Part shown: positions 24,801 to 36,670 of the stretch, in pieces
Position numbering within the stretch: the first letter of the stretch is position 1
Layout: each line of letters opens with the position of its first letter
NCBI GenBank assembly: GCA_964187785.1
Contig: OZ076415.1
Coordinates: 48,794,001-48,858,000 of the forward strand
Source of the DNA: Amphiscolops sp. MND2022
Lineage: Eukaryota
Length of the DNA stretch: 64,000 bases
Direction: 5' to 3'
Program-made: the position numbers and the translations under genes
Notes under the pieces: model-generated
Database searches by the model: none
What the model saw: the letters and a program-made list of their open reading frames with translations, nothing else
What the model was told of the DNA's origin: nothing

Positions 24801-25762
24801 TGCCACTGCAATCATCATAAACTAAATAACTAAATTTACAACCTGTTCTGTTTTAAAACCGATAAGCACAAAAACTGGGTCACAAAAACGCAGAAAATGC
24901 ATTAAATCTTGCAGAAGGTCACAAAGAATCTTCTAGTAATTTCTTAAAAAAAAACGCAAGAAGAATGAATCATTTCGTCAGATACATTTCGTCAGCCGTA
25001 ACTCCATTCCATCATAATGAAGGGAATCGATGGATCTCATAGGATTCGGAGCTCATGATCACCATGGTATGAAGTTTCATTTCAAGCCAAGCGCGTTGGG
25101 ACTCCGGGGAGCCATTACGGCTGTTTTGCTACGTTTTTGTGCAAAAATTAAGCAAATTCTTCCTGTTCATTTTTTCTCTACAACAAGCACCGCACCGTCT
25201 ATATTGATCAAACTACCAGGCTCATTCATCAAAAATGCACCATTATAAAACTGAGCAGTTGACTTTTGCCTGATGAGGTTACACCGAGGAGAATACGGTG
25301 AAAATACTCCATTGACATATTGATTTTGTCATTTTGGGACCCAATGTGCATGAATATGTTTTCAGATCCTGCGAAGTTTGAAATTTCAGTTATGATATTT
25401 CGAACGACAACAGAAGAGAAGTTGGTGACAGCTGTGATTCTAATACTTCGAAAAATATCAAGCCTTGCATTTTAAGTTGTTATAAATATCATTGATTATT
25501 AAACATCTTCGATGTTTTCAATGCAACATTAACCTTTGAACTCGTCAATGTCTAGTCCCCCTCCCCCGTCCTCGTCTGCCTCCTCGAATATCTCCTGCAT
25601 GCGAATGAGGTCATCCTGTCCGGTGTCTTGGTCTAGAGAACTGCCCCCCGCTGTGGACTGGGCAGAACCCCCCTCGTGCGCGGCACCTCCGCTGCTGGCC
25701 TCAGACATTCGACTGTTGGCACTGCTTCTGGCTGCTCCCGAGTAAACTCTCTGGCTGCTCAT
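875..25762 (-). CDS. EF-hand + WD40-repeat protein (WDR49/WDR64/EFCAB8/WDY-like family), multi-exon, 3' part beyond left edge
   Basis: Exons assembled by hand with phase-consistent junctions: 25762-25534, 24805-24654, 14680-14519, 4133-3854, 3333-3043, 2566-2392, 1776-1649, 1186-875. EF-hand loops FEEADEDGGGGLDIDEF and FMKVDTNCDGTVDWDEF. WD40 repeats GHNARVEYLSIDHPTNTIISFSADNYVKVWD and SHGKGVTCVLYNPVFEVVVSADQYSTVCVWD. All junctions are GT-AG except the donor at 2391 (GG). Confidence 0.85.
3700..3782 (-). repeat. Terminus of Helentron/HINE-like non-autonomous repeat
   Basis: ggcgccgacttgggccgttcccggcttgtt is the reverse complement of the terminus seen at 4200, 25930 and 39478. Confidence 0.6.
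4200..4700 (+). repeat. Helentron/HINE-like non-autonomous repeat copy
   Basis: Starts aacaagccgtgaccggcccaagtcggcgcc. Internal gggg(g)accctt units are shared with other copies. Confidence 0.6.
5700..6425. mobile_element. Foldback/MITE-like element with ~320-bp imperfect inverted arms
   Basis: 5700-6020 is an imperfect reverse complement of 6100-6420, e.g. ttgatttcgagaaacatttattcaaggtagtccgtgaaac vs gtttcacggactaccttgaatagatatttctcgaaatcaa. The loop is ~80 bp. Confidence 0.7.
6581..7378 (+). pseudogene. LINE ORF1 (coiled coil + RRM-like nucleic acid chaperone)
   Basis: Coiled-coil N-terminus, then FYNFP / DLKACHPL / IIIKF / FITERLP motifs. One in-frame TAA at 7196-7198; the same frame continues to TGA at 7378. 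Confidence 0.75.
7369..10236 (+). pseudogene. LINE ORF2 (apurinic endonuclease + reverse transcriptase), frameshifted
   Basis: APE motifs LALTETW, SGGVAFYV, IFGDFNID, SDH. RT motifs NYRPISL, DLKKAFDT, GVPQGSVLGP, FADDT, YLGV. About four frameshifts (near 7960, 8470-8545, 9100, 9340). Confidence 0.9.
11140..11360. repeat. Internal fragment of the HINE-like repeat
   Basis: gaaaggggacccttcattg and aaagggggga units match other copies. Confidence 0.45.
11693..12934 (-). CDS. Intronless 413-aa type II membrane protein, putative GT-A-fold glycosyltransferase-like, nested in intron 3 of the WD40 gene
   Basis: Uninterrupted ATG-started ORF. N-terminal signal anchor FLSAVAIVLALTNIILSVLSIL. Motifs IVRILGPSLPP, LNLRHILTHE, NVNSARNYAI, WVLPLDGNVFF. 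The family assignment is from memory. Confidence 0.7.
   Translation of the reverse strand: MMSPKPSNKIQFLSAVAIVLALTNIILSVLSILDSLPHFTSFKETQNYNSERIIHEKQKTHPSLCETTSQNSTKPNTFAVIVRILGPSLPPLQSPQQMELNLRHILTHEIEVQKSQSCIKSFWLIQCMMDSESEMRLVKILEEFNQEYYRSAECSANSTERLDQILNVNSARNYAISIAIKLYNPLWVLPLDGNVFFPRESIHLLVKSLIFDSAKGNEIHLIPFFRILICQKKLFNNSFIFEREFRKYSHLKDFSVHPAISDVLSRRQEGQFALSTSLHDVFGFFSEEKLYSKAPKLSIIDSLAEDYPGKFSCGPEAGKENKSFYEPRISTLDHVKRCGYVLRLLYWPDKDSCPFMETTTNDYEKGMADPREFGNRLSTLSRTPEVNSFTRKKMRERSVNKLNNFMTNMKIVI
13217..13453. repeat. MITE remnant with (a/t)caagcgataac subterminal repeats
   Basis: Repeated gataactcatatcaagcgataac units. Inverted ends gacaactcatat / atatgagttgtc. Confidence 0.5.
15498..18064 (+). 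mobile_element. Old, internally deleted Ty3/Gypsy-type LTR element
   Basis: Diverged direct repeats 15498-15687 and 17874-18064, both TGTGACA...AACA. PBS-like tggcacagt after the 5' LTR and PPT ggagggagat before the 3' LTR. Degenerate gag/pol-like interior. No clear TSD. Confidence 0.75.
19375..20254 (+). pseudogene. LINE ORF1 (coiled coil + RRM-like), one frameshift near 19945
   Basis: FVSNLP, DLQACHPL, VLVRF and IYLRERLT motifs, homologous to ORF1 of copy 1. Confidence 0.75.
20306..23182 (+). pseudogene. LINE ORF2 (APE + RT) with a single in-frame stop
   Basis: ORFs 20306-21244 and 21347-23182 are in the same frame, separated by TAA at 21242-21244. Motifs IETW, SGGVAFYV, FGDFNID, SDH, NYRPISL, DLQKAFDT, GVPQGSVLG, FADDT. 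Confidence 0.92.
24340..24520. repeat. HINE-like repeat fragment
   Basis: Near-duplicate of 23355-23520 (aaagggtcacat...caccggagaccttcat...). Confidence 0.55.
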
Positions 25763-27431
25763 CTTCTGGGCTATTTCAACAGGATCACTCCAAGAATTCA
25801 GAATCTCTTCTTGGTCACGTTTTCACAATTCTTTAGAATTTGTTATCTGGAACCTACACAACGGAAACACAAATTTTAGAAAACGGAAACATAGGATGAT
25901 TCGAAAGAAGATTCCTTAGATCTTTGAAAACAAGCCAGGAATGGCATAAGTCGAAGCCCCACTTAATCCTCAAAAAAGCGCAAGTCTTCAAAAATTTACA
26001 GAGTTCCTTATCTTGTTGTGCTTAAAAACTAGGAAGGAGGTAGGGCTTAAAAAGACTTTTCTATCCTTTAAATAGGCATAAAGAGATTTTTTCTAACTGG
26101 AAATGTCAAAAAAGAAACGTACCCTTTTATGAATTTAAAAATCTTCAGAAAAATTGCGGCACAGTGCCCAAAGTAAACCCACAAATTACTCTTTATTCCA
26201 AATTTATGTTTTAAAGTGAAAGGGAGGAGCCTTTTAATCATTTTGGCAATTCGTCGAGTTTGTTTCAAATTTTTATAGTCCTTTCGACGATTAAAAAAAC
26301 TTCCAAAAACTTCCATAATAGTCGTGTTTTATGTCATGAAACTAAAATTAGGTTTCTGTGTAAAATTAATAGGGTCTTTTCTAAGAGATCTAAGTGCCTG
26401 AATGGTCACCACAACCTGAGTTTTTGGCTCATAAAAATTACTTCAAAAATGAAACGAATAGTTATTCTTCATTCCTTCAATTTTTCAAGTCTACTATACA
26501 GAAAAAAGATTGATGCTTCATTACAAATGCAAGGAAGGAATGTAATTAAGACTTCAAATCGAACTGTTACCATTTGAAACCTTACTTTGGACAAACTAGA
26601 CACTTCCAATTCGGTTTCCATTTTTCATATTTTTGATTTTTTTTTTCGTTTTTCTTCCAAATTGATGAAAATTTCACAAAATGGCATCAAAACGCTCTAA
26701 CAGATTCTCTGATGATGCATATCGAGTTAAAAAACGTGATTTTTGAAATCAATTTCTACACTATTATACTGTTTTCTACTGCTTTATAAAAAACAAACCT
26801 GCTTTGATTGTATAAACATATATGAAAAGGTATAAAAAATGCGAAGCAGTTGTGAGGATGGAAAAATATAGAAAAGATAATAAAAATGTTAACTAATTGA
26901 CTGATGACCATTCTGGAAACCAATCATTCTAGTGGACTTCTCAGACGCTATTTAATATAGCCAAAAACCATTCAAGAAATGACGTTTGTTTGAAAACAGA
27001 AGGAATTTATAAAAGAATTATAACAACGTTTCAATACTTCTTTTCACAAGTAGTTCAATAACCTGTCCGTTTTTGAAGCCAGGAAGCCAATGGCCAATCA
27101 TTTCGAAGTTCATCATTTTAGTAGGAAACGTCCTCGAAAGTGGTTATATTTATTAAAACATTCACACTTATAGCAAAAATTTCTTTCGACTCTGCAAAAG
27201 CGTAATCTGAAATTTACAAAGTAGAACAGTCTCAACGTAGAAAATGCTTGTAGTTGACGAATTTTGAAAACTATATAACACAATCTTGCAATTTCTCAAA
27301 CTCTCGGATGATTTAGTGTTCGTTCAGACTCAAAACTAGCTTCTTTTCTTGTATTTCTACATCTTAACCTGACACAAAAGATATCAATTTATTCAGGTCG
27401 AATTGTAAAAATCTTGAAAGCACAATGGAAC

Positions 27432-27648
27432 TGTTGTATCTCGAATAGACTTAAAAGAAAGAGAATTCAATGTTAAAATTCAACTGTTCTGTTTCTATCC
27501 TTTTTCTATCTGTTAGAACAAAGTTTCATCTGCATTTATGTGGCAGGGCAGGTATTTAATATATGAATAACAATAGTATAAATAAACACAGACAAGAAAG
27601 CAGACTAAATAGTTTTTAGAGTCTAAATGAGTTCGTCTGTCCTCTACA
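27432..27648 (-). repeat. 3' LTR (217 bp)
   Basis: TGTAGAGG...ATACAACA on the minus strand. About 20 differences from the 5' LTR by hand count. Confidence 0.92.
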
Positions 27649-30600
27649 TTCCCCCCTCCACTATTGGCTGGTGATCTGCCAATGGGGGCGTTCTGCTTTC
27701 TGTTGTGGCGGTCAGTCCTCCACTGGTCCAGTTTTTGATCGACGATTGACCGTTCTGGGCAGTTTGATCTGTACCGGTTTGCAACTGGCTGTAACGTCTG
27801 AATTCGGTTCTTTGACCGGTCTAAAGGTTGTCGTATTTCCTCTCCGGTTGAGCTTCTGCTTGACTTAGTGTGGCCCCCGAGTTCAGTCTTTCTACGCTGT
27901 TTCCTGTAATCATGACAAACCGCAGTATTATATCTAACGATTTGATTAGTTTTTGTCAATCTCTTTGATCTGTGTATAGGTTCCTTTTCTTCAGTGTCAA
28001 TTTCAGTACTTGAGCTCAGATTACTTGATAAGTTTAGATCAGAATTTTCTAGGTTATCTTCTAGTGTGTTCGAATTATTGTTATTATCAGTGAATACCTT
28101 ACCGTTCTCGTCTCGGATAAAAAATTCCTGTTCTGCGCATTTAGCGTCTTCTATAGCACGGTTTACTTCCGTGGCCGTCATATTTGTTACTGTAATGGTC
28201 AATGGGCCCATGGTACTTCCCGGAATAGGTGGTGTGTTGGTTAGTGTTCGTGGGGAGTTCCGGCTGGTACGATCTCTGATTAGCTTTGGTCTGCCTCGTC
28301 CGTACGTACTCTTTTTCAGGGTCGTGTTGTCGAGAGGCTCTGGCGTCTTTGGACTCTCTGTGTCCATTAATGACATCACTGATCCGCTTTTCGATTCTAT
28401 CACCATTGCCCGTTTTTGCTTGGATGGTGATCTGATAAATCGGCCGTCCGGTCCGCGTAGTCTGATCCCTAAGTTGCTTTGTTCCTGGTTAAAATCAGAG
28501 AGAGGTTTACTAATCATATTCCCTTGTAATACTCTTCCGGTTGGATTTGTTACAGTATGGTTTGTGCCCGATATTGCTATTTGTGGTTTGAATATGCACT
28601 TTTATATTTGTTTCGATGGTGTTGTTTCTCTAAGAATGAAAAAGAATATTTACTAACTCTTTATGTGTTTTTCTTCGGCTTCATTGGCAGCTGGTCAGAC
28701 ACACCGCCAGTCACTTGAATGAATTTACTTGTAAGGTATCTGGTTCCGCTGAAACAGAACGTTTTGTTAAGTTTTTTTTCATCAAGGTTTAGCAAGTTGC
28801 TTATCTCCATATTTGGTTTTCTGCTGTAGAGGTGCTCAAAAGCTGATTTTTTCAGTCGCTTGTGAGGTGTTTCTCTCATTACGTCCAGTGACATATCCAG
28901 GGCTCTACCCAAAAGTTCTCCGGCTTTAATGTTTGTTAAAAGGTTTTCTTTCAGAGTTCTGACCCCCCGTTCTACCAATCCGGTGGGTGTATGGTTATAC
29001 GGTGTCCCGTATATTAATTTGATGTAGTGTTTTTTGCAGAAGTCTCTGAACCGACGTCGCGTGAAAGCGCTACCTTTAATTGTTCTAGTCGTTTTTGGTA
29101 TACCGTTTTGCTGGATGTATTTTTCAAGATAATTTTTCCGCCGTCTAGCCGTCAGTAGATGTACAAAAGCTTGTCGCCGACCAGGTCCAAGGATTAAAAA
29201 AAGTAAAATCGACGGTTGTTTACCGTGATTGGTCCAATGAAATCCAATTAGATTTTTTAGTTTGGGTTAGCTTACCGAGGATTGTTATTCGTTTCCGTGT
29301 TCAGTATGTAGGCCTAACGTTCTTACCGGACATTTTGCAGGGAATGCATGACTCGCATTTCTTTTTGATTGACTCGGCCAGTTTCGACCATCAGAAGTGT
29401 CGCGCTGCGATTGTCATCTTATTGATGGCAGGATGGCCCTTGTGTAACAGGCTGATGATGGTTGATCGGAGGTTCTTGGGGACGGTGATTTCGTCCTCAA
29501 TAAAAACCAGACCGAACCGGTTTGACAACTTCCTCTTGTGGGGCTGATATGCGTCCGGTATTAAATCGTGTTGTTGAGGTTCATTGGTAGTCTCGGTCAT
29601 CAATAATTGCAGGTCTGTTGAAAAGTTCTTCTCAGTTTCTCTCACAGCCTGTTCAAGATCTCAGTTGTTGTCTTCTTGAGCTACGTTTTCTGGGACATGT
29701 CCCATCTTGATATATTGGACGCTCTTTGGCCCGACATAGCGTGTCCAATTTATTGCGGGGACTTCCAGGATGGACAGGACTTGGTCCGTTTCGGAGTCGA
29801 TCACGCCTTCTTCGGCATTGGGGCGTATTGGTCGAGGCCCGTTGGGGCTGACGATGTTCCGGGCATACTTTGTTGATGGGCCGGTGTTGGTCGATCCATT
29901 TCCCAAAAGGGATCTACGGTCCATTGTTCCGACCTTCTCGATGGAGGTTGAAAGCCTCCGCTGAGTTGGAGACCTCGTAGGTGACCTTGTTCCCGGCCTT
30001 GGAAAATTTGTTTTAATCTTTCCTCGATTACTCGTCTTTCGTTTCTCAGGAACTTCGGTTCGTGATATTTTTCCACTTTCCTCCGGTTATGCGATAAATA
30101 TCGGGCTGCACAATTTCCACCATCTTAGGATCAATTCTGTAGTTTCGACTGATGAATCTAAAGCACCGAGATTGTCAATTGTTTTAGCATCCATTGTAAT
30201 TTGTCCTTTTTGTAATTTGCGATTTTGAAGACTTGCGTGTGAATGATGTGGTGTTAAGGCAATCAATGGCGGTTTCTTTGCGCACAACTTGTGACCGTGT
30301 TCTGTTATTTGCTTTGCGTTCGCTTTCGTCCCGATCGCTTTCTGATTGATTGACGTGGTTGCTAAGTCAACCGTGTTTGTAAATCAACTTGTAATGCGGT
30401 AACATGTTGTTGACGACATATTCTCCGTCGTACGCATCGTCCGTTTGCGGCGGCGCGGACGGATTTCTGCGCAAGTGATCCGCGAGCGCTAAATGTTTGA
30501 CTGCGATATGCTTTACATTAAGAGTGAAATGTGCTGACTGGTCCAGGCTTCTTGTTAGCCGTGCTCTGTATGTTTTATTGAATCGGTTTCGTTTAAATAA

Positions 30601-33110
30601 TGGTTATAAAGCCTGATGATCCGTGAGTAATTTAATCGACCTACCATAGATATACAAACGGAAATGTTCTAATCGTTCTATGCGGCCAATATTCCGAGTT
30701 CATTTATCGCGTACTTCTTTTCGGCATCTGATAGAAATTGGCTCACGAAACCGATTGGTTTTAGTTTTCCGTCTAGCTGTTTTTGCCTGCCAAAGTGTTG
30801 CACCGAGGCCTTACTTACTGGTGTCGGTTGTTATCATGCTCGTATAGTTTGAATTGTAGTGAGCCAGACACGGTATCTCCGCGATCTTTTGTTTGAGATT
30901 TTCTAACACTTGTGTGTAATCTTTCGTCCATAGCCAATCATTGTCCTTCTTTAAGGGCTGTCTTATGCTTTCCGTTTGCACGGGTTGGCTGTCTATGTAT
31001 TTGGACAAGTATTGGCTGACCCCCGAAAATCATTTGAGTTCTTTTTCATTATAGGATCGTTTCAAATCTTTTTTTGCCATGAGTTCGTCCAGCAGTGGCC
31101 TGATTCCGTTTTGGTTTGACTCATGGCCAATCCATTCAAGGTCCATTTTAAAAAAAATCGGATTTATTTTCGCTGAGTCTGTATCCGGCATACTATAGCC
31201 AGGTTAAAACGTCTATTAGCTCCTTTGTGTGTTGTTCTTTTGAGCCTTTGGTTACGACAATAATATCATGTAACCATGCAGGGTGTTTGTTTTCCAATGT
31301 TTTGTCAATATTCTCCGGAAAATGGTCGGTATGTCCGCTAACCCGTAAAATCTCTTCAGGAAACGGTGGTAACCGGTGAAAGATCCTGAAGGGTTACGGC
31401 GAATATGCACAGGTTTCGGGCGTCTCTCGACAATAGTAGCTGGCCATATGCCTAATCCAGGTGGAACTTCGAAATCCAAATCTCGTCTGCCGGTCCATCT
31501 GCAATCTTTCTGGAAATCCTGGAAAGTAATTCCTCCATGTTAGTCATCTTTGCCTTTTTTATGGTGATTTCATTTAAGTTTCGTGAATGTAGGGCAATTT
31601 TTACTGACTTGTCCTTCTTTACCGTGTTTATAGCTGGACTGACGAAAGAGTTTTCCGAGATTTCCTTTTTGCTTTTTCAATATGGCCTTGTTTCATGAGT
31701 TTAACGACTTTTTTCCCGACCGAGTGTTATACGTGGATCGGTATTGGTCTTCTTTTTTGCTGTATCAATTTTGCGTCTTCCTTTAGCTGTATTTTCACTT
31801 CTAGTCCGTTCACGGTGTGACTTTCGTTGAAAAATTTTTTGAACTTCCTTGTTAGGATTGTTTTGTCCGGATCCTCAGTTATGTGATATATCTGTGGATC
31901 GGTCTTATCGATATCCAGCGTTATTCCCATTTTCTCCATCTAGTCCAAACCTAATAAAGGGATGGTTTTCTTTGTTGTTACCAGGACTTCGAGGTTGTTT
32001 CGCTTCCCGTTTATTTCTACTGTTGCGATTGTTTTCCTTGAGATCTAATCCGATTGTCATTTACATCTCTATATTCGGTTTCCATTGGCTTCAGTGGCAG
32101 AGTTCTGTTGAATTGTTATTTCGGTATTAAGGTTACCGGTGAGCCGTTATCCATTATAAATTTGATTGGCCGGATATTGACCAATGCGGTAAGAGTGAAG
32201 AATTCCGGAACATTCTTTTTCATTTGGCGTGTTGAATGGATCTCTTGATTTACTGATTGGATCGTTTTCGGTGATCAATCGTCCATTTCCGCATTGCTTG
32301 CTTCAATTTCTTGTATGTGGTTTACTCTTTTGTTTGTTCGACAGCATTTCGCGTAGTGGCCGATCTTTTCGCATTTCGCACATTTCTTTCCCTTAACCGG
32401 GTATTCGTGCTGTATAAGCCAATTAGGCGCTCTGCATTTATTGCAGTCTAGTTTCTTGAATTCAGCCGGTTTATCCAATGGTTCTTTGGTTCGTTTGGAC
32501 TTCTTGTCTTTCTTTTATTGAGAATCGATTTTTCTGCTCATCATCTGTTTCTGGTGAGTCGTTCAAATTCTCATACATGTACTCGTGTAGTGCTTCGGTA
32601 ATTGCCTCCACTGACATTAATCGCCTATCGATTTTCCGATTACGGATAAAAACGTTGATGCCAAAAGTTCCGCTGCGGTTAATGTTTCGCTTCTCTCTTT
32701 CTAACCGTTTTGGTAATTTCCGTGATAGCACTTTGTCTAATTGCCCACAAAAGACTGTTGTTTATCTCTGTTTCTAATTGATCACGCTATTTTGGCAGTA
32801 TTTCTTTGCTGTTTGTCATTGTCGATAAGTCTAGATCGTTTGTCATCTTTATGTTTTGTACAAACTTCCGCCACTACATGTTTGCGTTGGTTAGTCTTGC
32901 TTTTCCACTTTTGGAATGGGGAGTTTCTGGGTACATGTCCGTTCATTGGTTCGGTTAAGCGTATCGTTCGGTAGCGGTTGTTCACTTGAGGGTGTTCCCG
33001 CCGACGTCCTGTTGGTGGCTCCGTTCTTTGGAGTGGTGTTTGTGCTGTTATCCATTAGATATTTTTAGTAGTGGTCCTTTTTAATTCTGATGGTTACTCT
33101 GACTGCGCCA

Positions 33111-33328
33111 TATTGTATCTCGAATAGACGTATAAGAAAGAGAAAATCAATGATAAAATTCAACAGTTCTGTTTCTATCCTTTTTCTATCTGTTCGTACA
33201 AAGTTTCAGCTGCACTTATGTGGCAGGGCGGGTATTTAATCTATAAACAACAATATTATAAATGAACACAGACAAGAAAGCAGACTAATTAGTTTCTAGA
33301 GTCTAAATGAGTTCATCTGTCCTCTACA
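33111..33328 (-). repeat. 5' LTR (218 bp)
   Basis: Direct repeat of 27432-27648, followed on the minus strand by the PBS. Confidence 0.92.
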
Positions 33329-34679
33329 GGAACGGATATCGCAAAGATCTTGACTTTTGAGTAGCGGAAATCTACTTTATTATCATTTTCTAGTTCTCTT
33401 TTATATCAAACAGTTTTACTTGAAACTGTAAAAATGTCTCGAAGCCTCGAAGTCCGTACTGACAACAATCTGACCAATAACGTCTTCTAGCTTGGAAGTA
33501 TCTAAAGTATCTATTATAGGCTCGATTAAGGCATTCAGTATGCATTTTAATGTAGGATTGCTTCCGAGATCTTTCAAAATTTAGACGAGGACCTCGTAAA
33601 ACATGATTTTTCTAGTAATGACTGGTCCACTGAAAAACAGTCAACGCTGTCAGGGCTATCGTCGAGCATGAAAAAGACCCATACACAGTAAAACAAGATA
33701 TGATGACGGTAGTTTTACGAAAAATGAAAGTATGGGTGCTTCCGTGATCCTTCAAAATCCAGATCAATTCCTCGGTAAAACTGGTTTTTTCTAGTTTAGG
33801 CTGGCCAACTGAAATTACCCTCATTTGAAGATAGCAAAAAACAGTTTTGCCCAAAAATCCGTGAATCACGTTCTGAGAGATTCTTCGAAAAATGACATCA
33901 AGTCCTCGCAAACCTCCCTTTTCGTTGTTTCGCTGGTATATGGAGGAACACTCGATACCCGTGAGACGTAAATCAAGCAAGTGAATCACATACCCGTTTT
34001 TAACAAAATGTCAACAAAAATGAGAAAAAACCTCCGTTTGAGGGCCTTTATATTCCATCAAAAATGAGACCTTGATTTCAAAAAACTAGTTTGGGAAGTT
34101 TTTAAGGATCAACTAAGGACCCATAGACTCTGACAGCTCTGCAAACGAGCGCAAACATGATTAAATGCTATTCAATATAGAACAGATACACATCTCTAAA
34201 TAATTTTACGCATGCTTCCGAAATCCTTCATAATCCAAATCAGGAACCAAAATCCAGTTTTTCTAGTTTTTCTGGTGACGCATTTCTGTTGTTGGGAATT
34301 TAGCATTACCACGCATTACCCTGAAACAGCTGAAATGATAGATCAATCACTATTAGAAAACATCGAAAGAAAATCAATCCATGTTTTCTAGTTAAATAAG
34401 ATTCATAATCACCATTTTGGCGGATTAGGATCGGATCCTATGAACTTCAGGCTCACCATCATGCTCTTATGAAGCAGAAGCCTCTAAAGGTGCACCTTCA
34501 GAAGAACAGCAAATAGTAAAATAATGTCTAATTGTCCAAGACGCTACTGGTAGAATAAGATCTGAATTCATTGTTATCTGCTGGTGGAACAAAGTCTAAA
34601 ATCACAGTTAACTGATTGAATGAAGCCTGACTTATTGCTACAATTACATTCAGAGTAATTTAGATCTTAATCCGCAAAG

Positions 34680-34850
34680 AAGAGAGTGATTTTAGACCTT
34701 ATTTCACCAGAATACAGTTGTGTCAGGCCTCATTCCGTTAGAATACAGTAATTTTAGATCTTGTTTAACCGAAGTACTGTGTCTTCACACCTTGTTCTAC
34801 CAGAATAAAGTGATAGTAGTCCTTTTCTCACCAGACATGGTGATTTTTAC
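34680..34850 (+). repeat. Degenerate ~31-bp minisatellite, cluster 1
   Basis: About 5-6 tandem units resembling agaatacagtgatttcagaccttgttccacc. Confidence 0.6.
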
Positions 34851-36499
34851 GTCTGCAAGGTAGATTACCTAACTAGGCTTTACGACGGCCCACGTCTTCA
34901 CTATGGAACAACCTCTTGTAATAATTGTCCAGGTTCACTTGCAGGTTCCTTTGTACTCGAAAATTTGCGAAAATCCTTCTTCTTCCAATTCAGGACAAAA
35001 ACGTTTGTAAAGATCTTTAGATTTTAGAATATAACCAATTCCACTTGAAGCGTTAGAGCTCAAATGGACGTTATCCTTTTTTCAAGTGTTTGTCACTATA
35101 AATCTGTCTAGAAATACCTCTAAACTTCCAGCCTTTTTTGCGCGAAGCTAATATGGCGCTCACAGTTTTGGATCTCTGAGGTAGAGATTGCCGTAATGGT
35201 ATGCCAAGAACAAAAACACTTTTAGCTTTGGTAAGTAAGAAATTAGCGAGGTCTGATAATTCCTGCGTTGAATCTTCTGCAGATTTTGTGGAAGGGACGA
35301 TATTGCAAAAAACATCGTTACCTCCAATGAACAGAACAACAGCATCGCAACTGTCTTTTTTCAGAATAAAATTGTAAACGTGTCTTACACAAGCTCCTGG
35401 TAAAGATAAGACATTGAAAGTAGCTATATCAAGTCATTTACCTTGACTATCGGCAATTAGCAAAGTTCGCGACCTCGGCAATTGGAATAGTTCTTTGGTC
35501 AGAAAAACGTTTGGGCACAACAAACGAGCATTCGATGTCGGTGAAGCTATCACTGCATCTATGACTCTTTCTTGTGTTTTCTTTGAAACATGAGATTCTC
35601 TAGCCTCCGAGAATTGATTTGTTTTCTTTTAGATCTACTTTATCTACTTTCACGTTCACAAGAACTATTAAAAACCTGTCGATCCGATGATGATGAAACG
35701 AATAAAAGCACAAGATCGAAGCAATAACTTTGATTGAAGATGAAATATCGAATCAACTTGTTTTCACTACGCAATAATCAATTGGTCAAAATAAAATCCA
35801 ATCAACGAGTAAAATCTTGAACGAACAATTTCCAAAATATGCCTTCTTGAGGTATTCGAATCAAAATTAAAGATCAACTGTTCGGTAACGTACTTAATTT
35901 CTCACTCTCTCTTCGTCCGTTTTAGCCAGATTGGAGTCTATTAGGACATACGGGAAACAACATAAACTGTCAAGTTTAGAATCAATTATACGGGGACCAT
36001 AAAAGCTCTTCTAAGATACACTGAGTTCACACACTGTCCACTTTCGAGGCGATGAAGTATTTAAAGGTATTGGTTTAACTACGTCTGAAGCATACACTTA
36101 CACGATTTTGTGGATCATGATTATATTTGTTATTTCCCCTTAAAGCTTCTATCAGTTCGCACAATCTCTACCGGTTTCCATCTTGTTTAGATATAACCAA
36201 ATATCACGTAATTGAAAAGTTAATTACACAAGCAGAAGGACAAAATACCAATTTTGTATTATATTAGATGAAAAATCTGATTTTGCCCCAGAAAAAAATA
36301 TTTTCAAAATTATTGCCTTCGATTTTCGGTTTTTTGCCCTAGATGTTTTAGTTGGCCAAAAGTATGTGGGTAGCCAACCATCTCCCAGTCAAATTCTTAA
36401 ATCTCAATCTTTTCAGTCATCATTTAGAAGCTGTTTTAGGGTACTTTTCAAAATCTTTTTTTTTCAGTCTTTATTCGAGGGCCAACAATTGTTTTAGCC

Positions 36500-36670
36500 C
36501 GTCTACCGAAATACAGTGATTTGAGACCTTGTTCTACTAGAATAGTGTTTTTAAACCTTTTTACTACAGAATACAGTGATTTAAGGCCTTTTTCAACAGG
36601 ACAATGACTTCAGGCCTCATTCGACAAGCATACAGTGGCTTTATGCTTTATTCACTATGTTAGTGATTTC
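36500..36670 (+). repeat. Degenerate ~31-bp minisatellite, cluster 2
   Basis: Same unit family and orientation as 34680-34850. Confidence 0.6.

Larger units (their letters stand above)
27432..33328 (-). mobile_element. Full-length decayed Ty3/Gypsy LTR retrotransposon
   Basis: Two LTRs and a 5-bp TSD GGAAC (27427-27431, 33329-33333). tRNA-Ser-like PBS TGGCGCAGTC at 33110-33101 and PPT at 27649-27660. Fragments of gag (CAKCEKIGHYAKC knuckle), RT (GLEVKIQLKEDAKLIQQKRRPIPIH), RNase H (IPCLAHYN...TTDTS) and integrase (LHKGHPAINKM, GLVERGVRTLK). Many stops and frameshifts. Confidence 0.92.

Noticed and set aside
27994-28656. 220-aa plus-strand ORF
   Set aside because: It is the antisense shadow of the low-complexity Gypsy 3' frame and has no recognisable domain.
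34680-36670. CRISPR-like array from ~31-bp periodic repeats
   Set aside because: The units are contiguous and degenerate with no unique spacers, there are no cas genes, and the context is eukaryotic.
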